DNA of 64,000 bases from an uncultured Acidobacteriota bacterium (GCA_963838475.1 CAWIRJ010000005.1:35520-99519); one strand, 5' to 3'. Shown: positions 29,937 through 41,100, counted from the stretch's first letter. Numbers and translations are program-made. Notes: a model not told the origin generated them from the sequence alone.

Positions 29937-30452
29937 ATGATGGCAACTGCGATTCAAGCTTCAACGCAAATTGAGGGAGTGGCAAAAGCAAGATACATCC
30001 GCGTGTCGCCACAAAAGGCGCGGCTGGTGATTGATTTGATCCGCGGTGTGCGCGCTGAAGAAGCGTTGCACACTCTGCGTTTTACGAAAAAGCGTGTGGC
30101 AAAAGAAATCGAGAAAACGCTACGCAGCGCAATTGCGAATGCCGAACGCAAGGCAGAAGACTCCGGCGAATCGCTGGATGTGGATGCGCTGTTCGTTACT
30201 CGCTGTTACGTGAACGAAGGCCCGCGGTGGAAGCGTATGCGTCCTGCGCCAATGGGGCGCGGGTTCCGATATCAGAAGCGCACTGCACACATTGTTGTGG
30301 AAGTAGCCGAACATCACCGCGCCGCGGCGGACCGCGTTGCAGCCGCCGTTGAGGAAGCGCAAGCTTCCAAGGGCGTCCGCGGAGCAGTTCGGAAGGCTCG
30401 CAAAGCTTTTGAGCAGCGCTCGAAGCAGCAGAAACCGAAAAAGAAGAAGTAG
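29937..30452 (+). CDS. rplV: 50S ribosomal protein L22 with Lys-rich C-terminal extension
   Basis: ARYIRVSPQKARLVIDLIRG core. About 55 extra C-terminal residues ending QQKPKKKK. Confidence 0.95.
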   Translation: MMATAIQASTQIEGVAKARYIRVSPQKARLVIDLIRGVRAEEALHTLRFTKKRVAKEIEKTLRSAIANAERKAEDSGESLDVDALFVTRCYVNEGPRWKRMRPAPMGRGFRYQKRTAHIVVEVAEHHRAAADRVAAAVEEAQASKGVRGAVRKARKAFEQRSKQQKPKKKK

Positions 30453-30461
30453 GAGGATCGT

Positions 30462-31124
30462 TTGGGGCAGAAAACACATCCGTATGGTTTTCGGCTGGGC
30501 TACAACAAGGTTTGGAAGTCGCGCTGGTTCGCCAAGCGCGATTACGCCGACTTGCTGTATGAGGACATCCAGCTGCGCAAGCAGCTAAAGGATCGTCTCA
30601 AATCGGCTGGTATCAGCGGCATCGATGTGGAACGCGCCGCAAACAAGCTAGTAGTTCGGATTTACACTGCGCGTCCCGGAATTATTATCGGCCGTAAGGG
30701 TTCGGAAATCGACAAGCTGAAGAGTGAAGTGCAGAAACGCACCAAGCGCGAAGTGCACATTGACATTCAGGAAGTGCATCGTCCCGAGCTCGATGCTCAG
30801 CTTGTAGCCGAGTCAATTGCTTTGCAGCTTGAAAAGCGGGTGGCCTTCAGACGCGCGATGCGGAAAGCCGTGGATTCGGCACTTCGTTTCGGCTGCAAAG
30901 GCATAAAGGTTCGCGTAGCGGGTCGGTTGAATGGCGCCGAAATCGCGCGAAAAGAATGGTATCTGCAAGGGCGGTTGCCTTTGCAGACTTTGCGCGCGGA
31001 CATTGATTTTGGTACCGCCGAGGCGCACACGACGTACGGAGTGATCGGCGTAAAGTGCTGGATTTATCAGGGCGAAAAAATTCCGCAACGTGGCGGAAAA
31101 ACTGGAACAACCAGCGAAGTTTAG
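30462..31124 (+). CDS. rpsC: 30S ribosomal protein S3
   Basis: [14 protein letters not shown] domain. TTG start after AGGAGG. Confidence 0.96.
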   Translation: MGQKTHPYGFRLGYNKVWKSRWFAKRDYADLLYEDIQLRKQLKDRLKSAGISGIDVERAANKLVVRIYTARPGIIIGRKGSEIDKLKSEVQKRTKREVHIDIQEVHRPELDAQLVAESIALQLEKRVAFRRAMRKAVDSALRFGCKGIKVRVAGRLNGAEIARKEWYLQGRLPLQTLRADIDFGTAEAHTTYGVIGVKCWIYQGEKIPQRGGKTGTTSEV

Positions 31125-31149
31125 AGCTTAAGGAAACGGACTAAATACC

Positions 31150-31566
31150 ATGTTGATGCCGAAAAAAGTTAAGTACCGCAAGCAGCAACGCGGGCGGCGT
31201 AGCGGAAAGGCGTGGCGTGGCGGCGCTCTCGCGTTCGGTGAATACGGGTTGAAGGCGATGGAACCGGCTTGGATTACGGACCGGCAAATTGAAGCCGCAC
31301 GCGTTGCGATTACTCGATTTATTAAGCGCGGCGGAAAACTTTGGATCCGCATATTTCCCGACAAGCCATTTACCAAGAAACCGGCTGAAACTCGAATGGG
31401 TAAGGGCAAAGGGCCACCGGAGCATTGGGTTGCAGTAGTGAAACCAGGCAGGGTGATGTTCGAGATGGCGGGTGTAGACCTTGCGGCGGCTACGGAAGCT
31501 ATGGCGCTTGCGTCCCACAAGCTGCCAATTCGAACGAAGTTTGTAAGCCGGGCGGAGGAACTGTAA
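31150..31566 (+). CDS. rplP: 50S ribosomal protein L16
   Basis: [16 protein letters not shown]... Confidence 0.97.
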   Translation: MLMPKKVKYRKQQRGRRSGKAWRGGALAFGEYGLKAMEPAWITDRQIEAARVAITRFIKRGGKLWIRIFPDKPFTKKPAETRMGKGKGPPEHWVAVVKPGRVMFEMAGVDLAAATEAMALASHKLPIRTKFVSRAEEL

Positions 31567-31770
31567 ATGGCGGCGCGCGCTCAAAAATTGCGGGAGATGA
31601 ATCATAGTGAGCTCGAAGTGCAGCAGCAGGAGCTCTCCGAGCAGATTTTCCGCTTGCGATTCCAACTCTCCACCGGCCAGTCCGAAGGATTGAAGAAATT
31701 GCGTGAAGCGAAGCGAGATCTGGCGCGGGTGAAGACTCTGCTACGCGAGACCGAATTGAGGAAGGCGTAA
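31567..31770 (+). CDS. rpmC: 50S ribosomal protein L29
   Basis: 67 aa helical protein ([17 protein letters not shown]) in the canonical position. Confidence 0.93.
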   Translation: MAARAQKLREMNHSELEVQQQELSEQIFRLRFQLSTGQSEGLKKLREAKRDLARVKTLLRETELRKA

Positions 31771-32078
31771 TGGCAAACGAATCACAAGCCGGAGCTGCGG
31801 CCGTTCAAGAAAGTGCTCGTGCACGTGGAGTGCGCCAGGAACTGACCGGCGTAGTTACCAGCGCGAAGATGCAGAAAACGATAGTGGTAAAGGTTATTCG
31901 CGCCGTTCAGCATCCACTCTATCAACGAGTAGTGCGGCATTCGAAAAAGTATTACGCGCACGATGAAACCGGGGAAGCGCGGGTGGGCGATACAGTTCGA
32001 ATTGTTTCTACTCGACCGCTTTCAAAATTGAAGCGCTGGCGACTTCAGGAAGTTATCGCGAAATCTACGCGCGCCTAG
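31770..32078 (+). CDS. rpsQ: 30S ribosomal protein S17
   Basis: TGVVTSAKMQKTIVV...KYYAHDE...GDTVRI. Overlaps the rpmC stop by 1 nt. Confidence 0.95.
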   Translation: MANESQAGAAAVQESARARGVRQELTGVVTSAKMQKTIVVKVIRAVQHPLYQRVVRHSKKYYAHDETGEARVGDTVRIVSTRPLSKLKRWRLQEVIAKSTRA

Positions 32079-32116
32079 GCGAAGTAGTGGAAGCGTATTA
32101 AGGGAGCACGACGAAC

Positions 32117-32485
32117 ATGGTTCAGATGCGGACATGGCTGACGGTGGCCGACAATTCAGGCGCGCGCCAGTTGACTTGCATTCTTCCGGTCGGAGGGGAT
32201 GCAGGATTGGTTGCTGGCCTCGGCGACGTGATTACAGCCGCCGTGAAGGAAGCGACGCCTGACAGCCAGGTGAAGAAGGGCAAGGTAGTGCGCGCGGTGG
32301 TGGTACGCACGAGGAAAGAGCAGCGCCGAAGGGATGGCACCTACATCCGGTTTGACGACAACGCTGCAGTGCTAATTAACGATGCGGGCGAGCCGATCGG
32401 GACGCGCGTTTTCGGGCCAGTGGCCCGCGAGCTGCGCGACAAGAAGTTCACTAAGATCATCTCGCTTGCCCCGGAAGTGTGGTAG
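32117..32485 (+). CDS. rplN: 50S ribosomal protein L14
   Basis: [17 protein letters not shown]... 122 aa. Confidence 0.97.
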   Translation: MVQMRTWLTVADNSGARQLTCILPVGGDAGLVAGLGDVITAAVKEATPDSQVKKGKVVRAVVVRTRKEQRRRDGTYIRFDDNAAVLINDAGEPIGTRVFGPVARELRDKKFTKIISLAPEVW

Positions 32486-32487
32486 CG

Positions 32488-32835
32488 ATGAGAGAACCTA
32501 AAGAAAAACCGGCAGCGCACGGAATTCGCCATGGCGACACGGTGAAAGTAATGGCAGGGCGTTCAAAGGGCAAAAGCGGGAAGGTGCTGTCCGTGAATCT
32601 GTGGAAGAGCACGGTGACGGTGGAGCACGCGAACATCATCAAGCGGCACACGCGGCCGAATCCGTCGAAAAATATCAAGGGCGGTATTCTGGAACGCGAA
32701 GGCCCAATTCATGTTTCCAACGTAATGCTGGTTTGCCCCGGTTGCGGCAAGCATACCCGCGCAGGGCATACGACGCTGCCGGATGGCACCAAGGTACGCA
32801 CTTGCCGCCGTTGCGACACGACTTTTGAGAGCTAG
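32488..32835 (+). CDS. rplX: 50S ribosomal protein L24
   Basis: KOW motif ([18 protein letters not shown]). ATG 32488 (alt GTG 32479 overlapping rplN). Confidence 0.94.
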   Translation: MREPKEKPAAHGIRHGDTVKVMAGRSKGKSGKVLSVNLWKSTVTVEHANIIKRHTRPNPSKNIKGGILEREGPIHVSNVMLVCPGCGKHTRAGHTTLPDGTKVRTCRRCDTTFES

Positions 32836-32850
32836 AGGCAAAGAGACGAA

Positions 32851-33393
32851 ATGATTACGCGTTTGCATGAAAAATATCGCAAAGAAGCCATTCCGGCGCT
32901 TTCCAAACGATTCGGGTACAAGAACACAATGGCAGTCCCGCGCGTGTCGAAGGTAACGGTGAACATCGGTTTGGGCGAGGCTAGCGCGAATGTGAAGCTA
33001 CTCGACACCGCTGTGGGTGAACTCGGCCAAATCGCTGGACAAAAACCGGTCATCACGCGCGCGAAGAAGTCGATCGCGAATTTTAAAATTCGCAAAGGCA
33101 TGCCCATCGGTTGCATGGTCACTTTGCGCGGCGAACGCATGTACGAATTTCTGGACCGGCTCTCGGCCATTGTGCTGCCCCGCGTTCGCGACTTTAAGGG
33201 CTTGGCGCCGAATTCTTTTGATGGCCGGGGCAACTACACTATCGGAATCAAGGACCAACTGGTGTTCCCGGAGATCGATTACACGAGGGTGGACAAAATC
33301 AAGGGCATGAACGTGACCATAACGACCACAGCACGAAACGACGAAGAAGGGCGCGAGCTGTTGAGATTGCTCGGCGTTCCTTTCAGGGCTTAA
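32851..33393 (+). CDS. rplE: 50S ribosomal protein L5
   Basis: ...[10 protein letters not shown]...[22 protein letters not shown]... Confidence 0.97.
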   Translation: MITRLHEKYRKEAIPALSKRFGYKNTMAVPRVSKVTVNIGLGEASANVKLLDTAVGELGQIAGQKPVITRAKKSIANFKIRKGMPIGCMVTLRGERMYEFLDRLSAIVLPRVRDFKGLAPNSFDGRGNYTIGIKDQLVFPEIDYTRVDKIKGMNVTITTTARNDEEGRELLRLLGVPFRA

Positions 33394-33408
33394 GGAGACC
33401 AAAGAAGC

Positions 33409-33594
33409 ATGGCGCGTACCAGTCAGTTCGCGAAAATGAAGCGGAAGTTGAAATTCAAGATCCGTAAGCGGAACCGTTGCCGCATCTGTGGACGACCGCG
33501 TGGTTTTTTGCGCAAATTTGAACTGTGCCGCATCTGTTTCCGCGGCCACGCGCTCAAGGGAGAAATTCCCGGCGTGGTGAAGGCAAGCTGGTAA
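33409..33594 (+). CDS. rpsN: 30S ribosomal protein S14, zinc-binding type Z (61 aa)
   Basis: [20 protein letters not shown] (CxxC...CxxC) and the C-terminal KASW. Confidence 0.95.
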   Translation: MARTSQFAKMKRKLKFKIRKRNRCRICGRPRGFLRKFELCRICFRGHALKGEIPGVVKASW

Positions 33595-33604
33595 GGAAGG
33601 ACGA

Positions 33605-34003
33605 ATGACGACTGATCCTATCGCTGATTTTTTGACTCGAATTCGAAACGCTTCGACCGCAAAGCACTCGCGCGTGGATATGCCGTCTTCGAAACTGAAG
33701 ATAGAGTTCGCTCGCATTTTAAAAGAAGAAGGCTACTTGGCGAATTACAAAGTAGTGGAAGAGCAAAAGGGCAAGAAAACTCTGCGCTGCTTCTTACGTT
33801 ACACGCCGGACCGGCGCCCGGTTATCACAGATCTTAAGCGCGTTTCGAGGCCCGGATCCAGACGCTACGTCCCAAAGACCGGGATTCGTCCCGTAGTGGG
33901 TGGAATGGGAATATCAATACTTTCCACGCCACGCGGACTTATGACCGGCCAATCGGCGCGCAAAGCAGGTGTTGGCGGCGAATTGATGTGCGAGGTTTGG
34001 TAA
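33605..34003 (+). CDS. rpsH: 30S ribosomal protein S8
   Basis: TDPIADFLTRIRNA... 132 aa. Confidence 0.97.
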   Translation: MTTDPIADFLTRIRNASTAKHSRVDMPSSKLKIEFARILKEEGYLANYKVVEEQKGKKTLRCFLRYTPDRRPVITDLKRVSRPGSRRYVPKTGIRPVVGGMGISILSTPRGLMTGQSARKAGVGGELMCEVW

Positions 34004-34036
34004 GAATATTAGCCAGTACAAGGATTTGAGAGAGCT

Positions 34037-34579
34037 ATGTCGCGAATTGGAAACAAAATAATTCCGGTACCGTCGGGCGTAAAGATTCAAATCAAAGATG
34101 GCGCCGTTGATGTTCAGGGTCCCAAAGGCAAGATGCATGTAAACGTGCCGGGCGGGATTACCTTCGAGCAGAAGGATGGCACTCTCGTGGCCAAGCGCCA
34201 TTCGGAAGACCAGCGGGCGCTGCACGGCCTTGCGCGGGCTCTGGTCGCTAACGCCGTCACCGGCGTCACCACCGGATTCAAGAAAGATCTCGACATCGTA
34301 GGCGTCGGGTATCGCGCTGAAGTGAAAGGCAAGAACGTGGTGCTGGCGCTGGGGTACTCGCATCCAATAGAGTTTCCGATCCCTGAAGGCATCGTCATAG
34401 CCATTGAAAAGCAAACACATATGTCCGTTTCGGGTGCGGATAAGAATCAGGTTGGCCAAGTAGCAGCAAATCTACGCGCGCTACGGCCGCCTGACCCCTA
34501 CAAGCAAAAAGGTATTCGCATCACTGGGGAGCGGTTGAAGAAGAAAGCAGGCAAGGCTGGCGCCAAGTCGGCGGCCTAG
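34037..34579 (+). CDS. rplF: 50S ribosomal protein L6
   Basis: [14 protein letters not shown]...GVGYRA... Confidence 0.97.
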   Translation: MSRIGNKIIPVPSGVKIQIKDGAVDVQGPKGKMHVNVPGGITFEQKDGTLVAKRHSEDQRALHGLARALVANAVTGVTTGFKKDLDIVGVGYRAEVKGKNVVLALGYSHPIEFPIPEGIVIAIEKQTHMSVSGADKNQVGQVAANLRALRPPDPYKQKGIRITGERLKKKAGKAGAKSAA

Positions 34580-34597
34580 GTTAGAAGGAGAAAAAAC

Positions 34598-34975
34598 GTG
34601 GCAGCTCCAGTTCGAAGATTATCGCGGGAAGCGCATCGCCGCCGGATTCATGTGCGAACGCGACAGACGCTGGCTGGAACCTCGGAGCGTCCGCGGCTTT
34701 GCGTGCATCGCTCGTCCAAACACATTCGCGCGCAGGTTGTGGACGATCAAACCGGAAAGACGCTCGCGTCTGCCAGCTCGCTTGATGGCGAAGTTAAGAA
34801 GTCGATCAAAGGTGGTGGAAATATCGCAGCCGCAAAAGTGGTCGGTAAAGCGATTGCGGAGCGCGCACGTAACAAGGGAATCGAAAAAGTTGTTTACGAT
34901 CGCGGAGGCTATCAGTATCACGGCCGCGTGAAAGCGCTCGCCGAAGCGGCCCGGGAGGCGGGCCTGAAGTTCTAA
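34598..34975 (+). CDS. rplR: 50S ribosomal protein L18
   Basis: ...[20 protein letters not shown]...[29 protein letters not shown] start. Confidence 0.95.
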   Translation: MAAPVRRLSREAHRRRIHVRTRQTLAGTSERPRLCVHRSSKHIRAQVVDDQTGKTLASASSLDGEVKKSIKGGGNIAAAKVVGKAIAERARNKGIEKVVYDRGGYQYHGRVKALAEAAREAGLKF

Positions 34976-34980
34976 CAATT

Positions 34981-35517
34981 ATGCCGAAACAAGAGCTCAA
35001 AGATACGTTATCGGTTCGTCGGCCGGTCGAAACCAACCAGGCGAATCTGAAAGATCAAGTCGTTTCGATCAATCGCTGCACGAAAGTCGTCAAGGGTGGC
35101 AAGAACCTTAGCTTCTCGGCGCTGGTAGTCGTGGGCGATCAGGGCGGTCACGCTGGCTTCGGCATGGGCAAGGCGCGCGAAGTGCCTATGGCCATTCGCA
35201 AAGCGATCGAAGCAGCGAAAAAGAATATGGTGAAGTTGAATTTAAAGGGCTCGACGATTCCGCACCAGGTTCTAGGCAGCTATGGCTCGGGCCAAGTGCT
35301 CCTGAAGCCAGCGCCGGAAGGAACGGGCGTCATCGCAGGCGGCCCCGTGCGCGCAGTGATGGAGGTTGCAGGGATTCAGAATGTGTTGACGAAGTCCCTG
35401 GGTACTTCGAATCCTCACAACGTGATTAAGGCCACCTTTGATGCGCTTTTGCATTTGAAGGACGCTGCGAAAGTGGCAGAAGGCCGCGGAAGAGGGGCGG
35501 AAGAGCCGGTTTCGTAG
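34981..35517 (+). CDS. rpsE: 30S ribosomal protein S5
   Basis: [24 protein letters not shown]... Confidence 0.97.
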   Translation: MPKQELKDTLSVRRPVETNQANLKDQVVSINRCTKVVKGGKNLSFSALVVVGDQGGHAGFGMGKAREVPMAIRKAIEAAKKNMVKLNLKGSTIPHQVLGSYGSGQVLLKPAPEGTGVIAGGPVRAVMEVAGIQNVLTKSLGTSNPHNVIKATFDALLHLKDAAKVAEGRGRGAEEPVS

Positions 35518-35536
35518 GCGCCTTTTCAAAAAGAAT

Positions 35537-35755
35537 ATGACACCGACAAAGAAAAAGACGACTGGCAAGTCCGATAAGCCTGGAACCCTGAAAATAAAGT
35601 GGGTGGTGAGTTTTATCGGTTGCCCGCGTGGCATGAGACAAACGATTCGCGGCTTGGGTTTTCGGCGCATGCAACAGGTGGTGGAACATCCCGACACGCC
35701 GTCGATACGCGGCATGATCGCAAAAGTTCATCACCTAGTGAGGATTGAGGAATAG
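35537..35755 (+). CDS. rpmD: 50S ribosomal protein L30 (Lys-rich N-terminal extension)
   Basis: LKIKWVVSFIGCPRGMRQTIRGLGFRRMQQVV core. Confidence 0.92.
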   Translation: MTPTKKKTTGKSDKPGTLKIKWVVSFIGCPRGMRQTIRGLGFRRMQQVVEHPDTPSIRGMIAKVHHLVRIEE

Positions 35756-35757
35756 TG

Positions 35758-36213
35758 ATGGCCATTAAACCGACACTTTCGAATTTGAAGCCGGCGCGTG
35801 GCTCGCGCCACCGCAAGGTACGTGTGGGACGCGGTATGGGATCGAAAATGGGGAAGACTTCCGGCGCGGGCAACAAGGGCCAGCAGTCACGTCGAGGATA
35901 TTCTAGACGCCCTGGGTTCGAAGGCGGCCAGATGCCCCTGCATCGGCGCTTACCGAAGCGCGGTTTTTCGGCTCCGTTTCGAAAAACTTATGCAGTGGTA
36001 AACGTCGAGAATTTGAACGTGTTTGAAGCAGGCGACACAGTTTCGCCGGATATGTTGTTTGGCCGGGGCATCGTTCGTGTCGAGCGGGAAGCATTGAAAA
36101 TTTTGGGCAGCGGCGAATTGAAGGTGGCGCTAACCGTGCAGGCCCACGCATTCAGCAAGTCGGCGGAAGAGAAAATCGCAGCCGCCGGAGGAAAAGTCGA
36201 ACTTTTGAAATGA
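35758..36213 (+). CDS. rplO: 50S ribosomal protein L15
   Basis: LSNLKPARGSRHRKVRVGRG. ATG 35758 (alt GTG 35755). Confidence 0.95.
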   Translation: MAIKPTLSNLKPARGSRHRKVRVGRGMGSKMGKTSGAGNKGQQSRRGYSRRPGFEGGQMPLHRRLPKRGFSAPFRKTYAVVNVENLNVFEAGDTVSPDMLFGRGIVRVEREALKILGSGELKVALTVQAHAFSKSAEEKIAAAGGKVELLK

Positions 36214-37622
36214 GTCCGCTAAGAAAACTTGTCGAGGCTTTCCGGAACATTTTCAGCACGCCAGACTTGCGTAATCGAGTCTTGTTTACTCTGGCATTGC
36301 TGGGAGTGTATCGACTTGGCGCTTTCATTCCCACTCCCGGAATCAATACGGCCTTGCTGCAACAGCTTTTTGAACAGAGCAAAGGTTCGGTCCTGGGAAT
36401 TTTTGACCTTTTCAGCGGCGGCAATCTTCGTAGGCTCACGATTTTTGCCTTGGGAATCATGCCGTATATCACGGCTTCCATCATTCTTCAGCTGATGGTG
36501 GTTGTATGGCCGTATCTTGAAAGATTGCAAAAGGAAGGCGAACTCGGTCGACGCAAGATCACGCAGTACACGCGTTATTTAACCATTATTCTCAGCGCCT
36601 TCCAGTCGTTTACGATTGCCGAAACGTTGACGCGTCAGAGTCTGGCAGGTCAAGCGTTGGTCTATCACCCTGGCCCGCGTTTCATCTTGATGACCATGCT
36701 CACGCTGACCACTGGATCCGCCTTCATTATGTGGCTGGGGGAACAAATCAGCGATCGTGGGATTGGCAACGGAATGTCGCTGATTATTTTCGCAGGCATC
36801 GTTGTTGGTTTGCCCCGTGCGGTGGGCGACTTGTGGGAGAAAGCGAAGACGCAGCAGTGGGGTTCGTTCACACCGATTGCTCTTCTCGGCCTAATTGCAC
36901 TGATGTTAGCGGTCGTCGCCTTTATCGTATTTATGGAAGGTGGCCAGCGGCGCATACCCGTGCAGTACGCCAAGCGCGTGATGGGCCGCAAAGTAATGGG
37001 CGGGCAGATGACTTATCTGCCTCTGCGAGTGAATTCTGGTGGCGTGATTCCTCCGATTTTTGCGAGTTCACTGCTTACTTTCCCGCAGACATTGGCGCTG
37101 TTCTTCCAGAAAAAATCGCCGTTCTTTGAAAAATTTGCGAACCAAATCAAATGGGGCGAGCCGCTCTACACCTTGATATATGTAACGCTTATCATCTTTT
37201 TTGCGTTCTTCTATGTGGGCATTATTTTTAATCCCACTGAACTCGCGGACAACATGCGGAAGTACGGCGGGTTCATACCTGGTATCCGGCCGGGACGCAA
37301 TACGTCCGAATACATCAACCGAATACTGACTCGCCTTACGTTCGTAGGCGGAATCTATCTCGCTATCGTCTGCTTGCTGCCGGAATGGATGATCTCGGGG
37401 ATTCACTTGCAGCATTTGTGGTTGGTGGGCAACTGGTTCGATCAGCACATGTGGCGGTTTGTGCTCGACGGCTTGAATGTGCAGTTCTATTTCGGAGGCA
37501 CTTCGTTGCTGATCGTTGTAGGCGTAGCCATGGACACAGTACAGCAACTCGAGGCACAGCTCGTTATGCGCAATTACGACGGGTTTGTTCGCAAGGGCCG
37601 AGTGCGGGGCCGTCGCAGTTAA
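36210..37622 (+). CDS. secY: Preprotein translocase subunit SecY
   Basis: 10-TM SecY sequence. The ATGA overlap with rplO is canonical. Confidence 0.97.
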   Translation: MSPLRKLVEAFRNIFSTPDLRNRVLFTLALLGVYRLGAFIPTPGINTALLQQLFEQSKGSVLGIFDLFSGGNLRRLTIFALGIMPYITASIILQLMVVVWPYLERLQKEGELGRRKITQYTRYLTIILSAFQSFTIAETLTRQSLAGQALVYHPGPRFILMTMLTLTTGSAFIMWLGEQISDRGIGNGMSLIIFAGIVVGLPRAVGDLWEKAKTQQWGSFTPIALLGLIALMLAVVAFIVFMEGGQRRIPVQYAKRVMGRKVMGGQMTYLPLRVNSGGVIPPIFASSLLTFPQTLALFFQKKSPFFEKFANQIKWGEPLYTLIYVTLIIFFAFFYVGIIFNPTELADNMRKYGGFIPGIRPGRNTSEYINRILTRLTFVGGIYLAIVCLLPEWMISGIHLQHLWLVGNWFDQHMWRFVLDGLNVQFYFGGTSLLIVVGVAMDTVQQLEAQLVMRNYDGFVRKGRVRGRRS

Positions 37623-37644
37623 TGGTGGCTCATTGGCGGTGAGC

Positions 37645-38325
37645 ATGGCGCTCAATCGGGCGATGATTTTCCTAGGCCCGCCCGGTGCCGGTAAAGGCAC
37701 CCAAGCCAATCGCGCAGCAAAGCGATATGGAGTGCCCCATCTTTCTACCGGCGACATGTTGCGTGAAGCGGTCGCGCAAGGCACCGAATTAGGCCGCTTA
37801 GCTAAACCGCTGATGGAGCGCGGTGAGCTGGTCCCGGATAACATCGTGATGGGGATGGTAGAAGAGAGGTTGGCCCGGCCGGATTCCGCGCAAGGATTCA
37901 TCTTCGACGGTTTTCCCCGGACCGTGCCGCAAGCGGAGCAACTGGACAAAATTCTTGTCCGCCGGGGACTAGGGAAGCCGCTGGTTGTTGAGTTTCACGT
38001 CAGCCCAGAGACCTTGCTGCATCGGGTTTCTGGACGCTGGACCTGCAGTGTGGGCGGCGAAACGTACAATATTTATGAGCGTCCGCCGAAGGTTCCGGGA
38101 GTCTGCGATGTGGACGGCGGAAAATTAATTCAGCGCTCCGACGATAGTCCGGACATCGTGCGAGAACGTCTAGCGGCGTATGATCGCAAAACGAAACCGC
38201 TCGCGGATTATTACCGGCAGCACGGCGTTCTCGAAACGGTCGATGGCTCGAAGGGCGTTGAAGAAGTAAGTCGTGCACTGAATGAGATTTTTGCACACGC
38301 GGCAGGGAGAGATGGTCATCTGTAA
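37645..38325 (+). CDS. adk: Adenylate kinase
   Basis: P-loop [10 protein letters not shown], with a LID region that has only a partial Cys set. Start is ATG 37645 (alt 37663). The ORF-track start at 37585 is over-extended. Confidence 0.94.
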   Translation: MALNRAMIFLGPPGAGKGTQANRAAKRYGVPHLSTGDMLREAVAQGTELGRLAKPLMERGELVPDNIVMGMVEERLARPDSAQGFIFDGFPRTVPQAEQLDKILVRRGLGKPLVVEFHVSPETLLHRVSGRWTCSVGGETYNIYERPPKVPGVCDVDGGKLIQRSDDSPDIVRERLAAYDRKTKPLADYYRQHGVLETVDGSKGVEEVSRALNEIFAHAAGRDGHL

Positions 38326-39085
38326 ATCGCCGAAAGAGCTCGAAAAGATGTACCAGGCGGGGCAAATCGTCTGGGGAGCTCTCGAAAAAATGCGCACCAT
38401 TGTTCGGCCGGGCGTTTCTACGAAGGAACTCGACGAATTTGCCGAGGAATTTACCGAGAAGCACAATGCACGGCCGGCATTTAAAGGATATCGGGGGTAT
38501 CCAGGTTCCGTATGCACCTCGATTAATCAGGAAGTTGTGCACGGAATTCCTTCTGCTTCGAGGAAAGTTCGCGAAGGCGACATTTTATCCATGGATTTCG
38601 GCGTCGAGCTGGACGGTTACTTTGCGGACGCCGCGCTCACTGTGCCGGTCGGGAAGGTAGCTCCGGAACGGCAGAAATTGCTCCGAGTCACCCGTGAATC
38701 GCTTGAGCAGGGAATCGACAAGATCCGGGCTGGCAACCGTCTAGGTGACGTATCGGCAGCGGTGCAGCAGTGGGTTGAAAAGAACGGTTTTTCGGTAGTG
38801 CGCGAATTTGTCGGTCACGGCATTGGAACAAAAATGCACGAAGACCCGCAGCTCCCGAATTATGGCTCTCCGGGCCAAGGGCCGAGGCTTCAAGAAGGAA
38901 TGGTGCTTGCCATCGAACCAATGGTGAACACGGGTGGACCTGGAGTCAGAATTCTGGACGATGATTGGACGGCGGTCACCACGGACGGGAGTGATTCGGC
39001 GCATTTCGAGCACACCGTTGCCGTGACGGCAAAGGGCCCTTGGATTTTGACGCGTCCGCGAGAAGCCAGCGGACCGTGCTGGTAA
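38312..39085 (+). CDS. map: Methionine aminopeptidase type I
   Basis: Pita-bread metal ligands (D..D..H..E..E) and [11 protein letters not shown]-terminus. ATG 38312 overlaps the adk end by 14 nt. Confidence 0.95.
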   Translation: MVICKSPKELEKMYQAGQIVWGALEKMRTIVRPGVSTKELDEFAEEFTEKHNARPAFKGYRGYPGSVCTSINQEVVHGIPSASRKVREGDILSMDFGVELDGYFADAALTVPVGKVAPERQKLLRVTRESLEQGIDKIRAGNRLGDVSAAVQQWVEKNGFSVVREFVGHGIGTKMHEDPQLPNYGSPGQGPRLQEGMVLAIEPMVNTGGPGVRILDDDWTAVTTDGSDSAHFEHTVAVTAKGPWILTRPREASGPCW

Positions 39086-39125
39086 ACGGAAAAACTATAT
39101 CTTATCGAGTTCGATCTAGGAGCGC

Positions 39126-39389
39126 ATGATTCGAAGGCCAGAGCCGGAAAAAAAGAAATCGAACGAAGGCAGCGGAAAAGAAGATGCCATCGAAGTGATG
39201 GCAACAGTGGTCGAACCGCTTCCGAACGCGATGTTTCGTGTGGAGCTGGAAAACAAGCACCAGGTGCTGGCCCACATTTCGGGAAAGATGCGCAAGAATT
39301 TCATACGCATCCTGCCCGGAGATCGCGTCGCAGTGGAACTTTCGCCGTATGACCTGACGCGCGGCCGCATCGTGTACCGCTACAAATAA
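39126..39389 (+). CDS. infA: Translation initiation factor IF-1 with ~15-aa Lys/Glu-rich N-terminal extension
   Basis: KEDAIEV...[26 protein letters not shown]1-fold. AGGAG SD before ATG 39126. There is no alternative start next to the conserved KED. Confidence 0.94.
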   Translation: MIRRPEPEKKKSNEGSGKEDAIEVMATVVEPLPNAMFRVELENKHQVLAHISGKMRKNFIRILPGDRVAVELSPYDLTRGRIVYRYK

Positions 39390-39421
39390 TAAGGCCGCCA
39401 GCGCAGGAAGGGACAGTAGAA

Positions 39422-39535
39422 ATGAAAGTAAGAGCATCGGTAAAGAAAATTTGCATGAAGTGCAAGGTCGTTCATCGGCGGGGTGTGGTGCGCGTGATTT
39501 GTGTGAACGCGAAACATCGCCAGCGCCAGGGTTAG
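39422..39535 (+). CDS. rpmJ: 50S ribosomal protein L36 (zinc-binding form, 37 aa; below ORF-track cutoff)
   Basis: My own translation gives [37 protein letters not shown] with C-x2-C...C-x4-H. Canonical position between infA and rpsM. Confidence 0.93.
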   Translation: MKVRASVKKICMKCKVVHRRGVVRVICVNAKHRQRQG

Positions 39536-39553
39536 GAAACAGGGAGAAAACGG

Positions 39554-39940
39554 ATGGCTCGCATTGCAGGTGTTGATTTACCGCCAAATAAAAGGCTGTG
39601 GGTTGGGCTGACCGCCATTTATGGCATTGGCCAGCAGCGCGCGCGTTCGCTCGCCGCCGAGGCGAATGTGGACCCAACGAAAAAGATCAAGGATCTGACG
39701 GAAGAAGAAGTGACCCATCTGCGCGCTGCCATTGAATCGGAAGGCCGTGTCGAAGGCGACCTTCGCAAAGAAACCCAGATGAACATTCGCCGGCTGATTG
39801 AAATTCAATGTTACCGGGGCTTGCGTCACCGCCGAAATCTTCCGGTTCGCGGACAGCGCACGCATACCAACGCGCGCACACGCAAAGGTCCGCGTAAGGG
39901 TGCGGTGGCAGCGAAGAAGAAGACGATGGCTCGCAAGTAA
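39554..39940 (+). CDS. rpsM: 30S ribosomal protein S13
   Basis: [13 protein letters not shown]...[17 protein letters not shown]. Confidence 0.97.
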   Translation: MARIAGVDLPPNKRLWVGLTAIYGIGQQRARSLAAEANVDPTKKIKDLTEEEVTHLRAAIESEGRVEGDLRKETQMNIRRLIEIQCYRGLRHRRNLPVRGQRTHTNARTRKGPRKGAVAAKKKTMARK

Positions 39941-39976
39941 GGATCAAGGCGTAGAGAAAACAGGAGAGACACGAGC

Positions 39977-40426
39977 GTGGCTAAAGAACCTCAAAGCGCA
40001 GCGGCTGCACCTGCAGGAGCAGCGGCGAAGAGCACCAAGCGCAAGAAAGAATTTCGCAAGAAGAAGGAAAAGCGCGTGGTTCCTCACGGCGTGGTGTGCA
40101 TTCAAGCAACGTTTAACAACACAATTATCACGCTCACCGATCCGGATGGCCGCGCCGTAAGTTGGTCTTCAGCCGGCTCTGTGGGCTTCAAAGGATCGCG
40201 CAAGGGCACGCCGTACGCAGCACAGCAAGCCGCCATGACCGCCGCTGGAGTCGCGCGCGATCAATACGGAATGAAATCGGTGGAAGTGCGCGTAAAGGGT
40301 CCCGGCGCTGGACGCGAATCCGCCGTACGCGCTCTGGCTTCCTCCGGTTTGCACATCAATGCAATCAAGGACGTGACACCGGTGCCGCATAACGGCTGCC
40401 GTCCGCCGAAGCGCCGTCGGGTATAG
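39977..40426 (+). CDS. rpsK: 30S ribosomal protein S11 (Ala/Lys-rich N-terminal extension)
   Basis: ...[18 protein letters not shown]...[16 protein letters not shown] start. Confidence 0.95.
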   Translation: MAKEPQSAAAAPAGAAAKSTKRKKEFRKKKEKRVVPHGVVCIQATFNNTIITLTDPDGRAVSWSSAGSVGFKGSRKGTPYAAQQAAMTAAGVARDQYGMKSVEVRVKGPGAGRESAVRALASSGLHINAIKDVTPVPHNGCRPPKRRRV

Positions 40427-40467
40427 GGCGTGAAGAGATTTGAGAAGTAAGAAAAGGAGACAAGGCT

Positions 40468-41100
40468 TTGGCAAGACATCGTGAAGCAGTTTGCCGCTTG
40501 TGCCGAAGGGAAGGCATGAAGCTCTTCCTCAAAGGACTGCGGTGTTTTACGGAAAAATGCGCGATCGAGAAGCGCAATTTCGTTCCGGGGCAGCATGGCC
40601 AATCCCGCCGTCCGAAAATGGTGGGTTACGGAATTCAATTGCGCGAAAAGCAAAAGGTCAAGCGCACCTACGGATTACTCGAGCGCCAGTTCCGCAACTA
40701 TTTTGAGAAGGCGGAACGGACCAAAGGTCCAACCGGCTCGAATCTCATGGTTACACTCGAACGCCGACTCGACAACGTCGTCTATCGAATGGGCCTTGCG
40801 GGCTCGCGTTCGCAAGCGCGCCAGCTCGTGCTGCATGGGCACATTCGTGTGAAGGGACGCAAGGTCAATATCCCGAGCTATCTGGTGCAAGTAGGCGAAG
40901 ATATCGCGCTAAAGGAAAAGATGCACCAGAACGCGATGGTACTAGAAGCGCGGAACCTAGCAAACAGCCAGGGCGTTGCTCCGTGGCTCGATATCGATCG
41001 GGAAAATTTCAAAGCGCGCGTCGTGGCGATGCCTCGCCGCGAAGACGTGCAGACACCGCCGATGAACGAACAGCTCATCGTCGAGTTGTACTCCAAGTAG
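40468..41100 (+). CDS. rpsD: 30S ribosomal protein S4
   Basis: [15 protein letters not shown]...S4 RNA-binding domain. TTG start after AAAAGGAGA. Confidence 0.96.
   Translation: MARHREAVCRLCRREGMKLFLKGLRCFTEKCAIEKRNFVPGQHGQSRRPKMVGYGIQLREKQKVKRTYGLLERQFRNYFEKAERTKGPTGSNLMVTLERRLDNVVYRMGLAGSRSQARQLVLHGHIRVKGRKVNIPSYLVQVGEDIALKEKMHQNAMVLEARNLANSQGVAPWLDIDRENFKARVVAMPRREDVQTPPMNEQLIVELYSK

Noticed and set aside
29142-29957. 271-aa ORF on the minus strand spanning the rplB end, the unknown ORF and rpsS
   Set aside because: It is antisense to well-supported ribosomal genes. Its Arg/Ser/Cys-rich composition is typical of a shadow frame in GC-rich DNA, and it has no start context.
32998-33717. 239-aa minus-strand ORF across rplE/rpsN/rpsH
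   Set aside because: It is a shadow ORF antisense to conserved ribosomal protein genes.
37068-37949. 293-aa minus-strand ORF across secY/adk
   Set aside because: It is a shadow ORF antisense to two highly conserved genes and has a low-complexity Arg/Pro/Ser composition.
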